From NCBI GenBank assembly GCA_951406725.2, contig OX597814.1:137950001-138014000 (forward strand): 64,000 nt of DNA. The letters are read 5' to 3'. Of the stretch, positions 51,575-64,000 are shown piece after piece. Under the pieces are notes generated by a model. It made no database searches, had not been told where the DNA came from, and saw only the letters and a list, made by a program, of their open reading frames with translations. The number at the start of each line of letters is the position of its first letter. Within the stretch, counting starts at the first letter, position 1. A program made the translations under genes and the position numbers. Source of the stretch: Octopus vulgaris. Its lineage: Eukaryota.

Positions 51575-53735
51575 ATGAATGAGAGGAAGAGTCTGCCAAA
51601 GGTTGACCCAATTGAGGGACCAGCTATCCGAATCAAAAGCACCCAGGTAGATAAAACAATTAAGGATATGAAGACAGAGAAAGCACCTCGCCCATCAGGA
51701 ATCACCACTGGGATGCTTAAAATATCAGGCGGTGTGGGTTATGGTCTTGTCACCCACATCATAAATCAGGTAGTTCATGAAGGAATCATACCCAATGACG
51801 AGTGTAGCAGCACCATAGTCAACTGCTACAAGGGGAAAGGTGATGCTTTAGACAGGAGTCTCAACTTATTGGATCAGGTGATGAAAGTTAGAGAAGGTCA
51901 TAGCGCAACTAATTAAGGAGAGAGTTAGCCTAGATAAGATGCAGTTTGGTATTGTGCCAGGCAGAAGCACCAGTGATGCTATATTTCTTGTAAGGCAACT
52001 GCAGGAGAAATACCTAGTGAAAGATAAACCTCTGTACCTGGCTTTTGTTGAGTTGGAGAAAGCCTTTGACAGGGTCCCTCAATCCCTTATCTGGTGGTCA
52101 ATGTGGGAACTGGGGATAGCTGAGTGGTTGGTAAGAGCTGTACAAGCCCTGTACAGGGATGCTGTCAGTAAGGTGAATATAGTAAAGAATTCCAAGTAGA
52201 AGTAGAGGTTCACCAAGAATCAGCCCTCAGTCCCCTTTTATTCATTATAGTCCTCCAGGCAATAACAGAGGAATTCAAGACAGGCTGCCCCTGGGAGCTC
52301 CTCTACGCTGATGACCTTGCTCTAATAACTGAGTCACTGCCAGAAAAGGAGACGAAGTTTAGGGTGTGGAAGCAAGGTCTAGAATCGAAGGGCTTTAGTG
52401 TTAACCTAGCAAAAACCAAAGTCTTAGTAAGTAGGAAGGCTGTAAAATCATAACCCACTTCAGGTAAATGGCCCTGCTCGATCTGTAGAAAAGGCATGGG
52501 TAGAAACTCCATACGATTTACCCAGTGTAAGCTATGGACACATAAAAGGTGCAGCAATATCAAAGGAAGGTTAACCAGGAAAATAGTTTTTGTCTGTGAC
52601 AGATGCACAGGGGCAATAAACACTGAAGAATTACAGAAAACAGATTTTATCAAATGCCACGGGGAAAAACTAAAAGTAATTAATAGTTTCCGCTACCTAG
52701 GTGGCCAAGTCTGTAGTGGGGATAGCTGCTCTGAGAGTGTAGCAACTAGAGTAAGAATAGCCTAGGCAAAGTTCAGGGAGCTCCTACCTCTGCTGGCAAC
52801 TAGGGGCCTCTTGTTCAGGGTGAAAGGTAGACTGTATAATGCATGTGTGTGAACTGCTACACAGCAGTGAAACATGGGCCATGAATACTGAGGACATGCG
52901 TAGGCTTGAAAGAAATGAAGCTAGTATGATCCGCTGGATGTGTAATATCAGTGTACATACATGACAGAGTGTAAGTACCCTGAGAGAAAAGTTGGGCATA
53001 AGAAGCATCAAATGTGGTGTGCAAGAGAGGCGTCTGTGCTGGTATGGTCATGTGTTATGTATGAAAGAAGACAGCTGTGTGAGGAAGTGCCACTCCCTAA
53101 CTGTAGGAGGAACCTGTGGAAGAGGTAGACTCAGGAAGACATGGGATGAGTTGGTGAAACATGACCTTCGAACATTGGGCCTCACAGAGGCCTTTGGAGA
53201 TATGCTGTGATTGAGAAGACCCAGCAACTAAAGTGAAATCACAGCCATGCATGTCTGGCCCTGTTAAGAATACCCCTGATGTGTCAGGTGATATGATATG
53301 CTTGAGAAGACCTGTTGAGTCAAGTAAAACTAATATCGTAGCTGTGGCCACTGGCTCCTGTGCCGGTAGCATGTAAAAAACATCATCCGAAAGTGGTCAA
53401 TGCCAGGTCTGCCTGACTGGATCCCATGCCAGTGGCATGTAAAAAGCACCAACTGATCGTAGCTGATGCTAGTACCCCCTGACTGGCTCTTGCGCCAGTG
53501 GCATGTAAAGTGCACCATCTGAACGTGATTGATGCTAGGCCCGCCTGACTAGCTCCTGTGCCAGTGACACGTAAAAAGCACCCACTACATTCTTGAAGTG
53601 GTTGGCATTAGGAAGGGCATCTAGCTGTAGAAACATTGCCAGATCAGATTAGAGCCTGGTACAGCTGCTGGCTCTCCAGACCTGTCAAACCGTCCATGTC
53701 AGCATGGAAAACGGACGTTAAACAATGATGATGAT
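51575..53735 (+). mobile_element. RTE-clade LINE, 5'-truncated pseudogene
   Basis: KAPRPSGI...YKGKGD; QFGIVPGRSTSDAIF...LAFVELEKAFDRV; LLYADDL; Cys-rich insert; GRGRLRKTW; 3' minisatellite and (ATG)n tail. Confidence 0.95.
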
Positions 53736-53754
53736 ATATATTTATACATATATA

Positions 53755-54380
53755 CAGGGGTTGGACAAAATAATGGAAACACCATAAAATTTCAAACAAA
53801 TTTATTTTAATATGGGGTAGGACTGCCTTTGGCAGTAATTACAGATTGAATTCTATGAGGTATGGACTTGTACAAAGTTTGAATTGTTTCCAAAGGAATT
53901 TTTATCCATTCTTCAGCTAAAACAGTCTCCAGTTCTTGTAGTGATGATAGTGGAGGATATAGACTCCTTACTTGTTTTTCTAAAATGTAGCATAAATGTT
54001 CAATAATATTGAAATCTGGGGATTGTGGTGGCCAGATAAGATGTTCAACTTCACTAGAATATTCCTCATGCCATTCAATAACAACTTTAGCTGTGTTAAT
54101 TGGTGCATTAACATCCTGAAAGATTGCATTTCCCTCTGGGTACAGTTCCACAACTATAGGATGAATTTGATAAGATAAAATGATTAAATAGTCCTGACTA
54201 TTAATTTTGCCATAAAGGGAAACCAATGGGCTAGTGGATTTCCAAGATATGGCACCCCTGCCAGATCATCACAGATCCTTTTCCATGTTTAACAGTTGGA
54301 AGAAGGCAGTCTGGTTAAATGCTTCTTTTGGCTGTCTCCACATGTATACTTGGCTGGTGGTTGGAAATAAGGTAAAGGAT
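53755..54380 (-). mobile_element. Tc1 (DD34E-like) transposase remnant
   Basis: FQDVNAPIN...WPPQSPDFNIIEHL; TA|CAGGGGTTGGACAAAATAATGG terminus. Confidence 0.85.
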
Positions 54381-54850
54381 ATTTGCTCAATAAACACTCA
54401 CAATGCCCGGTCTGGGAATTGAAACCGCGTTCTTACGGCAGCGAGTCCGCTGCCCTAATCACTGGGCCATTGCACTCCACAGAGCCTGGTGCAGCCATGT
54501 GACTCGCCAGTCCTCAGTCAAACTGTCCAACCCATGCCAGCATGGAAAGCAGGCATTTAACGATAATGATATTTATACACACACACACACATATATATAT
54601 CTATATATATACATACATATGTATATGTACATGTGTGTGCATGGTTGTGTGTCAGTGTGGCTGTCTTCTTATCAAGGCATTGCATAATAGTTGTAAATGA
54701 ACATTTACAAGCAGTGCCTTTCGTTTCCAATCTTCTGTGAAAATCCTCACCTGTGTCCAAGTAATGGAAACAGAAGAGTGTTGTTAAGAGGCAAGGTATC
54801 CAACCATAAAATTCCACTCAACTGATGTGACCAGGGAAAGTGAACGTTAA

Positions 54851-55075
54851 CCCTTTCAACCCGGAATTTTTTCCTAAGTCAGTAATAGCGGGGTTTTGTA
54901 TATATGCGAGCCATTTGAGCTGCCATTATAGTGTCATACACTCTGATTAGTCTTGGTGCTACATACCAGAAAAACAGGAGTGGTATTATACTGCATCACA
55001 CAGAATAGGAATTTTAAAGATTTGGGTCATAAAATATTTGCCTGGTACAAATATGTACCAGCCAGGCTGAAAGGG
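54851..55075. mobile_element. piggyBac-type MITE
   Basis: TTAA|CCCTTTCA ... TGAAAGGG|TTAA. Confidence 0.8.
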
Positions 55076-55314
55076 TTAAAGCAATGATGATAATGACGTA
55101 TGTTAAAGGGTGAATGCCATCAAGCTGACATGCTTCAAAGTTACTATATGGAAACTAAACTTTCGTTGATAACCTTTATGCCACTTAGGTACAGGACTCA
55201 TCATCATCATCATCATCACTGTATTTCCACCTGTGAGGATGGACAAGCAAGTCACCCCCAGAAATATTCTAGCTTAGGTTAGAAATGAACTGAATGAGAC
55301 ATCAAAGAGATAAG

Positions 55315-55450
55315 TGCAGGAGTGGCTGTGTGGTAAGAAGCTTGCATTCCCAACCACATAGTTCCGAGTTCAGTCCCACTGCGTGGCACCTTGGGCCGAC
55401 CAAAGCCTTGTGAGTGGATTTGGTAGATGGAAATTGAAAGAAGCCCATCG

Positions 55451-55485
<35 letters not shown>

Positions 55486-55680
55486 ATGTTTGTCCTCCCA
55501 CCATCGCTTGACAACTGATGTTGGTGTGTTTACATCCCTGTAACTTAGTAAATCGGCAAAAGAGACCGATAGAATAAATACTAGGCTTACAAAGAATAAG
55601 TCCTGGGGATCGATTCATTTGACTAAAGGTGGTGCTGCAGCATGGCCGCAATCAAATGACTGAAACAAGTAAAAGAATAA
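55315..55680 (+). mobile_element. SINE family A
   Basis: GCAGGAGTGGCTGTGTGGTAAG through AATGACTGAAACAAGTAAAAG. Confidence 0.85.
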
Positions 55681-55988
55681 AAAGGAATCTTCTGTCCTTG
55701 TCAATTTCAATTATGATGAATTCATAATTTACATTTTAAATCCTAGATTTCTTAGAAAGAAATCAACTTGGACAGTCTTCATTATCAGTCTTTTCATTAG
55801 TCTCTCATTAATTTTTCATTAGCTTTTTATTATTTTTGCATTAGTCTTTAATTAGTTTTTCATTAATTTTTCATTATCTTTCCATTAGTTTTTCATGTGA
55901 CAAAACTCTAACTGTGATCTTGGATTTGTTTTTCCGGACATTTTAATGGATGTGCCTAAATCAAATACAAGTGAATATCAGCAGATGT

Positions 55989-56701
55989 TGGACTTAGGAA
56001 GCACCAAGTTGGAATCTCTCCATTTTGACAGGGATTTAAAAAATTTTTTTCCATGGTACCTTTGTAAATGCTCTGGGCATTTTAGCAAAAAAAAAAAAAA
56101 ACTGAAAAATGTCTTTTTTTTGTCTTTACCCCTCTCTCTGACCGATTTTGTGGGCACCGAGTACAATAACTTTGTTGGGCACTACACACTTGAAAACTAT
56201 AAGAGAAGCCTTTTTGGTAAAAAGAAATGAAGTAAATATTTTCAGATGCAAAGGTGTGTGATTAAAGAGAAATTTGGCTATTGTTTCTAGCATATCCTAT
56301 GACCACCTTTCTTTCTCACTCGGACAAGTATTGATGTTTTTCAATATTTTCTCATTAATAGCATAAACTCATTTAAGCTATTAGAAAATTCATTTTGAAG
56401 ATTTTTGATTTTTATCAACCCTAAACCTTACCGGCCATTGGATATGCTAGAAACAACAGCCAAATCTCCCTTAAATCACAACTCTTTCGTCCGAAAATAT
56501 TTCCCTCCTTTTCTATAGTTTTTAAATGCATAGTGCTCACAAAACCGACCAAAATGGTCCAGAGAGGGGACCCATAATTCTTCGGAATTCAATTTTTGCT
56601 AAAAAGATAGCCCAGAGCATTTCCAAGGGCACCGAGAAAAAAATCTGAAAAATCCCAATGAAAATGGAGAAATTCCAACTTGTTAGTGCTTCTTAAGTCC
56701 G
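55989..56701. mobile_element. Old fold-back element with long degenerate TIRs
   Basis: GGACTTAGGAAGCAC...GCTCTGGG mirrors CCCAGAGC...GTGCTTCTTAAGTCC; inner mirror 56256-56297/56440-56480; similar element at ~58490-59004. Confidence 0.65.
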
Positions 56702-56802
56702 ACTAAATATCTTTCTTTTCTTTTGACATGACTTCAAAATAATATTCATGTGTGTAAACAGTTTTACGACAAAGAGGGTTCTCATTTCTATGTACATATA
56801 TG

Positions 56803-57397
56803 CAGGGCCGGCTCAAAGTACCGGCAACTCAGGCAGTCGCCCGGGGCGCGAATTTTTTTTCCCCAACAGTGTTCCGGATCCCAGCAATGAACTCATTTGC
56901 ATACAGCCAATCAGAGCTCACCTTGACCTTGTCAAGTTAACAAACACACTCTATCAAGTAAACTCAAGACGAAGAACGATGTTGTGAGTCGACCGATCGT
57001 GAAGTTATGCCTGATTTTAAGAGACAAGTAATTAGATAGATTTGCATCTATACCTGTTATCGGATTTTGTTAGGGCCCCAAATGGTAAAGATGTGGATGG
57101 GAAAAATGTGGGTAGAGGGTGATGTGCTAGCAACCCTCTCCCCTAACTAAAAGTAAACAACACAAATAACTACGCAGAGGCAGCTATGGTAAAAACAAGA
57201 ACAAGCATTATTAAAAGAGAAAAGAAGCATGATCATTCCTTACCCAAGTGACCTCATCTTATCACCCATTACTTATGCGCTCATAAATTAGTTTGATAGT
57301 ACTATGTGTTCATTAGTCTATATTTTCAGTTTTACTCTTAGTGAAAGTTTAAAAACAAATATACTTGTAAGGGCAGCTTGCCCTAGAGTCGGCCCTG
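56803..57397. mobile_element. hAT-type MITE
   Basis: CAGGGCCGGCTC ... GAGTCGGCCCTG; 8-bp TSD CATATATG/CATGTATG. Confidence 0.8.
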
Positions 57398-59658
57398 CAT
57401 GTATGTAAAAAGTGTAAGCAAATATGTAGCTCAAGAGATGGAAGAATTTCAGCCGAACCTTTCGACTCATTCATTCTACGGTTGCAAATGTAATATTAGA
57501 TGTAATCAGAAGAGGCTGTACCTTTGCAGCCTTCAAAGATCACCAATACAATTAAAACCTTTAACCTGGAGGTAGATTCAGTCGATTTTATTACCTGAAA
57601 AAAATTCAATACAAATAAGAAAAAAAAAAATTAAGAACAAAATGAAACAAGGTTTACAAGTTAAACTGAAAGGCCATTGGCTTATATCTGCCCACAAGCC
57701 CAAAAATATTTATGTAAAAAGCTATGAATGTTCCTCCTGTATCTAAGACCTGAATAGCCCAGTATCAATAGCTGAGAGTAGGTACAACTCACTGCGAGAG
57801 GCAACACCACATCCACCTGTACACTCGACAAAGGTTTTGTTAGCTTAAATTCTTTATTGCCTACAGGAGGACAATACAAATAAATTGTAGGGTTTCGAAT
57901 GATTATTACATTAAAACGACGACATAATAAAAATTTACGACATAAATCGGGTGAAACACAACAAAATGGGAAGAGAGCCGGGTTGAGCTTCGACCCTGCA
58001 AGCCCCGGTCAGCCACTGAAGCCTTGCCTTACTTTTATGGTTTAGAAGGTTTTGTTAGCTTGCAAGTGAAATTTAATATCAGGAATTATATACAAAATGA
58101 CACCGGTAAAACACGTGTGAGTGGTATGAATGTTTCCATTACACATTACTGTTTTCTGCATGTAGGTTGGGACCACAACATCCAATCGTAATAAAATCCA
58201 CCTTTATTGTTTTACTTTTCACTCTGTATTTTTTCGGAACTGAAAAAGAAGACTGATGGGAAAGGAAAGGGGTAGTAATTTCCTTAATTCGATTTTTTTT
58301 TTAATATTCTGTTTTCATACAACGGAAACCGCGACTCTAATTTCCTCTGTATTTTTTTCCCCCACATTTTGGTCATATGCTTGCATGTCCATTTCCTTTC
58401 AAATGGGACTTCGGCCCGAATGAACATGTTAGTCTGAGAACATAACTTGAAAACATTTGCTCTCGGAAGACAGCAATTCTAGATTTGAGAGGGACTGAAT
58501 TCTGCTTTAAGCACGCCATTATAATCCCTCATAACATTTCTTTTTTTTTGGGAATTTTCAGAAAATTTTTGGGTATTTGTGTTCTATACACGGAAATTCA
58601 TACGATTTTGTACTCCACCAAAACTTTTTGGTGTGTGATTTAAGGGCTATTTAGCTAGCACATGTCACGACCACCTCTCATACCATCCTCGTTTGTCAGT
58701 CTGATGTTAGAATGTTTTCCAATATTTTTCTCCCCGCAAACACATTTACTGGTCAATTGCTGGAATTTAAACCAAAAATTAGGACTATATGTAGTTTAAA
58801 CTGATTTTTAAAAAAAATTCAAGAATCTAAAAAAGAATTTTTTTAAATTTTCGTAAAGTTAAAATAAATTTTATTTAGCAATGTTTCATTTATGGTAAAC
58901 GAAACATTGTCTGGCAATCTTTCGTCTCTAGTAGACTAAAAATTACAAAGAATGAATAAGTTACGAGGGGTTATATGGTGCGCTTAAAGCAGAATTTCGC
59001 CCTGACAGGAACATTGTTTGGCTCTGAATGGATTTCATTCGGGTTGAACGTAGTACATACATTTTTTTCCGCAATCGATTCTGCGCAAATCCCCTATCAT
59101 TTTTGTAATTTATCCTTGTAATGTTCCCTTGCCGTTAGTCTTGTGGCAAATAAAATACATTATTACTAGAGTATGATAAAATCCATAGAGCAATATAAGT
59201 AAATATTGAGTTAAACGTTTACGCTCAAATACTGCTTGCGCGCCAAACATGTGTCGATGTTGGAACAATTATTTTATATTTTACTCGCTCTTTTTAGAAT
59301 CTGAAAAAAAAAGTTGATCGAAGTTTTCAGGTAAATTTTCTATTTCATTTTGATTTACATATTTACATTAACAAAGAGTTTCTTTACTTGTGAAAGCTAA
59401 GAGAAATAGCAAATCACATCGACAATAACTTCTCCCGCGTCTTTCTATCCACTCCTACAAATGCTTCTCCTACCAACTCCACGCACCTTATTCTCCTGCT
59501 GTCTCGTCTTTTCTTTTCTCCTCCCAGCTTTTGTCTATTTACTTTTTAAAACCCTCTCTTATTCAGTTTTACTCTCTTTCTTCTATTTTTCATCTCTTCC
59601 TGCTTCTCTCGCACCATGATCACAAACATCATAATCAACAGCATGCCACAACTATTTA

Positions 59659-59690
<32 letters not shown>

Positions 59691-59871
59691 TCTTCATTCC
59701 TAGCGTGTTGAGGACATAGTAGCTACAGATGATGGTTTTATTTTGTTTAACATGCATTTCTCTCTGTCTTAATAAACCTTTTATTCCTTCGACACACAAC
59801 TGCTTTATCACACATTTGTTTTACTACAGTTGCGACACGTATACGGATTTTACTACGATCGGAGGTTAAGA

Positions 59872-60391
59872 ATGAGAAACGGAAAGCCAGTCACCGCTAT
59901 CAATGGTTACAGCGGTGGCGGAGCTGTTGCTGGTGTTGGTAAAGCAGACGGAAGCGAAGGAGACAACGATTCTTCGGAACCGATCAAACTAAAGAAAGAA
60001 CTCGGACTTCTTCATGGCTGTACCTTCATTATTGGAATTGTTGTTGGCTCTGGCATCTTCGTTTCACCGAAAGGTGTATTACTCGAAGCCGGTTCGCCTG
60101 GTTTATCTGTTATAGTATGGGCAATATGCGGTATGATGGCATTGATTGGAGCCATGTGCTATGCAGAACTAGGCACGTGTATTCCCGACTCCGGGGCCGA
60201 TTATGCTTACATTAAAGAAATCTACGGAGGACTGCCCGCTTTCCTTTATCTTTGGGTTGCAAACGTTATCATCATACCGACCGGTAATGCTATAACAGCA
60301 TTTACTTTTGCCAGTTATATACTGAATCCACTATTTCCCGATTGCGGTCCTCCGAAAGTTGCTGTGACTGTATTGGGCGCAACGTGTGTAG
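59872..60391 (+). CDS. SLC7 L-type amino-acid transporter light chain (LAT/y+LAT-like), first coding exon (exon 59830-60391)
   Basis: LKKELGLLHG..IIGIVVGSGIFVSPKGV, CYAELGT.IP.SGADYAY, and the FPDC cysteine that links to the SLC3 heavy chain in this family; acceptor TTTTACTACAG|59830, ATG 59872, phase-1 donor G|GTAAGT at 60392. No later exons recognised in the window. Confidence 0.93.
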
Positions 60392-60469
60392 GTAAGTAAC
60401 ATTTTCTGCTGTTATTGTTTCGTTTTATATTATTTATAAGCCAATCAAAATATACACATGTGTACATAA

Positions 60470-60503
<34 letters not shown>

Positions 60504-60560
60504 CAATATAACTCCTTATATTGAACTCTATTATTTCCCTCTATATAACCATCTCACATC

Positions 60561-60608
60561 GTCTCTGATGAAGGAATATCCCTAATATCCCAGAAACAGC
60601 TGTAAGAC
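60561..60608 (+). ncRNA. Minimal type I hammerhead ribozyme, intronic and sense to SLC7
   Basis: GTCT-CTGATGA-a GG(a)ATAT cccta ATAT(c)CC a-GAAA-CAGCTG-TA-AGAC; palindromic stem III; predicted cleavage after 60604. Confidence 0.8.
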
Positions 60609-61460
60609 TAACTTACTCTTTATAAATGTCCTGAAAATTCCACACAGCCTTGGCTTTGTTGTCTTTTTTTTTATTTAACATATGTATATGGTGAACCTAT
60701 ATATTTCCGCTTCTTTGTCAGTTAGTATAAGTCAGGTTTACTTTCCTCACTTCCTCTTTCAGATTTTTTTAGCTTTTATGACTCTGAAGTGCCATTCCAT
60801 GATCATGCCACCTTCTGCCTGGTTGGAACCTTGCTCATTCCACTCCCAGTTGTATTGTTATTTTTTAGAGTCTCTCTCTCTCTCGCTTTCGCTTTCATTT
60901 CATCCTTATCGATATACGCATGGTCACCTTGGTTACAAAGACAAAAAAGGTACGTTAAAAAGAAGTAGTAAACTTAGTTATGAAATTAATAAAGGGATCT
61001 GCTGACCATCGCTGAGAGGAGAAAATATACAACAAAATAAGATGCGCAGCCACTAGTGTAGTCAGCAGTGGCTGGTTTGCAAACAGGGTTAGATTTAGAT
61101 CCTGTAGGGTCCCGAGAAACTTCACTTTTGGTGAGCCCCTCTCGTACAAAATTCAAAATACACAACAAATCACTAAATTCACATGTGTTTTGTTACATGC
61201 AATTGTAATTGAACATACAAAAGGTTTAATACAAGGTGGGGGGACCCAATTATACATCAGGGATGCGAAAAGGGCCTCTTGCCAAGGGTGCTTGGAGCAA
61301 TTGCACCTTTTACTTTCCTTTTAAATCAGTACTGCACAGCAGTATCATCAACTGCTATAAGGTCAAAGGTCATGCTAGCAAGATGCATAAAACTGACGGA
61401 CCAAATTATGAATATATCAGAAAGAGTTGTAGCACAACTAATTAGGAAAGAAATTTGATT

Positions 61461-61620
61461 AGGCGCAGGCATGGCTGTGTGGTAAGAAGTTTGCTTCCCA
61501 ACCACGTAGTTTCAGGTTCAGTCCCACTGTATGACAGGCACCTTAGACGAATGCCCCAAGCTGACCAAAGCCCTGTGGTAGATGGAAACTGAAAGGAGTG
61601 GATCATGTATGTGTGTGTGG
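61461..61620 (+). mobile_element. SINE family A (degenerate)
   Basis: AGGCGCAGGCATGGCTGTGTGGTAAG head. Confidence 0.7.
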
Positions 61621-61666
61621 ATATATATATATACACACACACTATACATGTGTGTGTGTGGATAAG

Positions 61667-61703
<37 letters not shown>

Positions 61704-61949
61704 TACTGCCTCCTTTCCTTGACTTCATGTGAGCTGTAAACATATGTTGTCATGATGCAAGGAATATCTTTCATTTCCAATCCTCCATGGAAATATATCG
61801 GTTCTCAGGGAAATATTACCTTACTTGGAGACAGGTATGGCTTGGTTATAAGAAGGGCATCTGGTCACAGAATATCTGTCTCGGTAAACTCCATTTGATC
61901 CATATAAGCATGAAAAAGTGGACATTAAAACAATGATGATGATGTATTT

Positions 61950-63585
61950 CAGGTTTGTGTCCATTTTTTGACCTGGAGAAAGCCTTTGACAGGATACTAT
62001 ACTCTGATACTATATTAAGAAAACTATATATATGGATAGTGTGAGTCATACAAACCATTTATAAAATTTCTAACAATAAAGTGAGAGTTAATATTTATAT
62101 TTCTTTACTACCCACAAGGGACTAAACACAGAGAGGACAAACAAGGACAGACAAACAGATTAAGTCTATTGTATCGACCTCAGTGCATAACTGGTACTTA
62201 TTTAATCAGCCCCAAAAGGATGAAAGGCAAAATCGACCTCGGTGGAATTTGAACTTAGAACGTGGCGGCAGGCGAAATACCGCTAAGCATTTCGCCCGGC
62301 GTGCTAACGTTTCTGCCAGCTCACCGCCTTACAAAGTGAGAGTTAATATTTAGCATGCAGACAGTTGCCCATCTGGACTTGTTCTCAGCCTCTTCTTCTT
62401 TATTATAGTTCTCCAGTTCATTAGAGTAGTTCAACACTGGCAGTTCATAGGTACTTTTGTATGGCAATGATCTTGTTTTCAAATCTTAATCAGTAGAAGA
62501 ATGAATGAAACAAATTCCAAATATGGAAGCAAAAACTAGAATCGGGATATTTTAATCCTTTTGATACTAATCTGCCTGAGACCACCCCTGTTCTATGACA
62601 GACTTCCTGCTTTAGATCTTTCCCAAGATTTCATGTTAATTTGTTTCAGATACTAGCTTAACAATGACAAAGCTATCTTAGTAAATTCTTTATCATTTTA
62701 AAAACTAATTGGAACAAAGTTAATGTATTTCAACAGAAGTTTAACAAAAGAGTTGCAGAAAATCTTCAAAGACAAAAGTTTTAGTTAAGAAAGAAGTCAC
62801 GATTCTACTGCCATTCACAACATTAGCCATGCACAATGTGCAGAAAATGAGTATTTAGGAATGCCATATGGTGTACCAAATGTAAGCTACAAGTGTACAA
62901 AAATGCAGTGGGATCAGAAATAGGCTAACAAAGAAAAAAGGACTTTGTACAAGTAAATGTGTCAGAAAAAGTTAGTAAGAAATTACTCATTATCTGGAGA
63001 AGGGAACTCCTTTGAAGTTGTTGGTAGCATCCATTACTAAGGTGACTAAATTAGTAGTGGATAGGAATATGCCGAAGCATAGCAGTCAGAGTAAGAACTG
63101 GTTGGAAAAAGTTTATTGAGCTCTTACCTGTTCTGTGAGAAGAGTAGATTGCGTATGAAGTGCTGTGCTGCACAGTAGCAATAAATTTGTACTAAATGCC
63201 AAAGATATTTTAAGGGTAGAAATAAATGAGACAATCACCTACTAGGTATAATATTATTATGCATGAACAATGGACCGCAAATGAACCAAAAAAAAAAAAA
63301 GATGAGTAATAGAGGTACCAGTTTGTCATGCAAGACTAAGCTGTTATGGACTTGTGAAATGTATGGAAGATGGCATCTGCGTCAAAAAAGTGCCAAGCAA
63401 TTCAGATGTAAGAAACTTACTGGGGTGTAAAAGAAAAGAAACAAGGAGGTTATGGGAAGACGTGATGAAGGGTGATCTTAGAAGGCTGAATCTCGTGAAG
63501 GAGATGACAAAGGGTCACAATAAATAGCTAGATGTTGTAGAAGACCTACCTAATTTATTCAAGTATGGAAAATAGATGTAAAACT
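61950..63585 (+). mobile_element. Highly decayed RTE LINE
   Basis: DLEKAFDR at ~61970 and colinear similarity to 52050-53735. Confidence 0.65.
62098..62332 (-). mobile_element. SINE family B with 20-bp TSD
   Basis: Direct repeat AAAGTGAGAGTTAATATTTA on both sides. Confidence 0.85.
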
Positions 63586-63859
63586 GATGGTTTTATATAT
63601 ATATATATATATGTATTGATGTGTCTTGGGAGGGTCGTTATATCACGCATACACTGGTTCAATAACACTTCTTTATAGTGAGTTAATTAAATACCTAACC
63701 AACTATTTGATGGTTTGAATAACTCAAGCTGTAGTAATACTTATTCTTGTTGGGTGTCAATCTTGTATCATTATAAAAAGGCGTTACACCTATGTACATG
63801 CTTGTTTTTGTAGATCTGTATATATATTAGATGCAGTGTGACTGTGTGGATATGCACAG

Positions 63860-64000
63860 ATGTGACTGTATGGTTAAGAGATTTGCTTCCTGACTGCTTG
63901 GTCTTAGGTTTAGTCCCACTGCGGGGCACCTTGAGCAAGTGTCTTTTACTATAGCCTCAAGCCAACTAAAGCCTTGTGAGTGGATTTGGTGGAGGGAAAC
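63860..64000 (+). mobile_element. SINE family A (runs off the window)
   Basis: GGTTTAGTCCCACTGCGGGGCACCTTG...GTGAGTGGATTTGG. Confidence 0.75.

Noticed and set aside
53340-53590. CRISPR-like repeat/spacer appearance
   Set aside because: The 'spacers' resemble each other, the array sits in an RTE 3' UTR, the context is eukaryotic and there are no cas genes.

Overview
Repeat-saturated, AT-rich metazoan DNA. The SINE/LINE repertoire and the (TATG)n/(TA)n load resemble an octopus genome (recognition from memory, not a database match). Only one host coding exon is supportable: the first coding exon of an SLC7 L-type (LAT/y+LAT) amino-acid transporter light chain at 59872-60391 (+). The rest is decayed mobile DNA: Helitrons, MULE, hAT, piggyBac, Tc1/mariner and Merlin-like MITEs, RTE, L1/Tx1, R4/Dong-like RLE and Penelope-like retroelements, three tRNA-derived SINE families and a 2.8-kb tandem duplication. 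The standout signal is a set of short non-coding inserts in (TA)n/AT-rich DNA that carry type I hammerhead ribozyme motifs (CUGANGA...GAAA-stem III-UH). Five of them form DNA palindromes whose fold-back point lies within or beside a complete or partial hammerhead motif. One has an empty-site control in the duplicated segment, and a separate near-intact hammerhead lies in sense orientation about 210 nt into the SLC7 intron. Coordinates were read by eye, and boundaries of degenerate elements are approximate.
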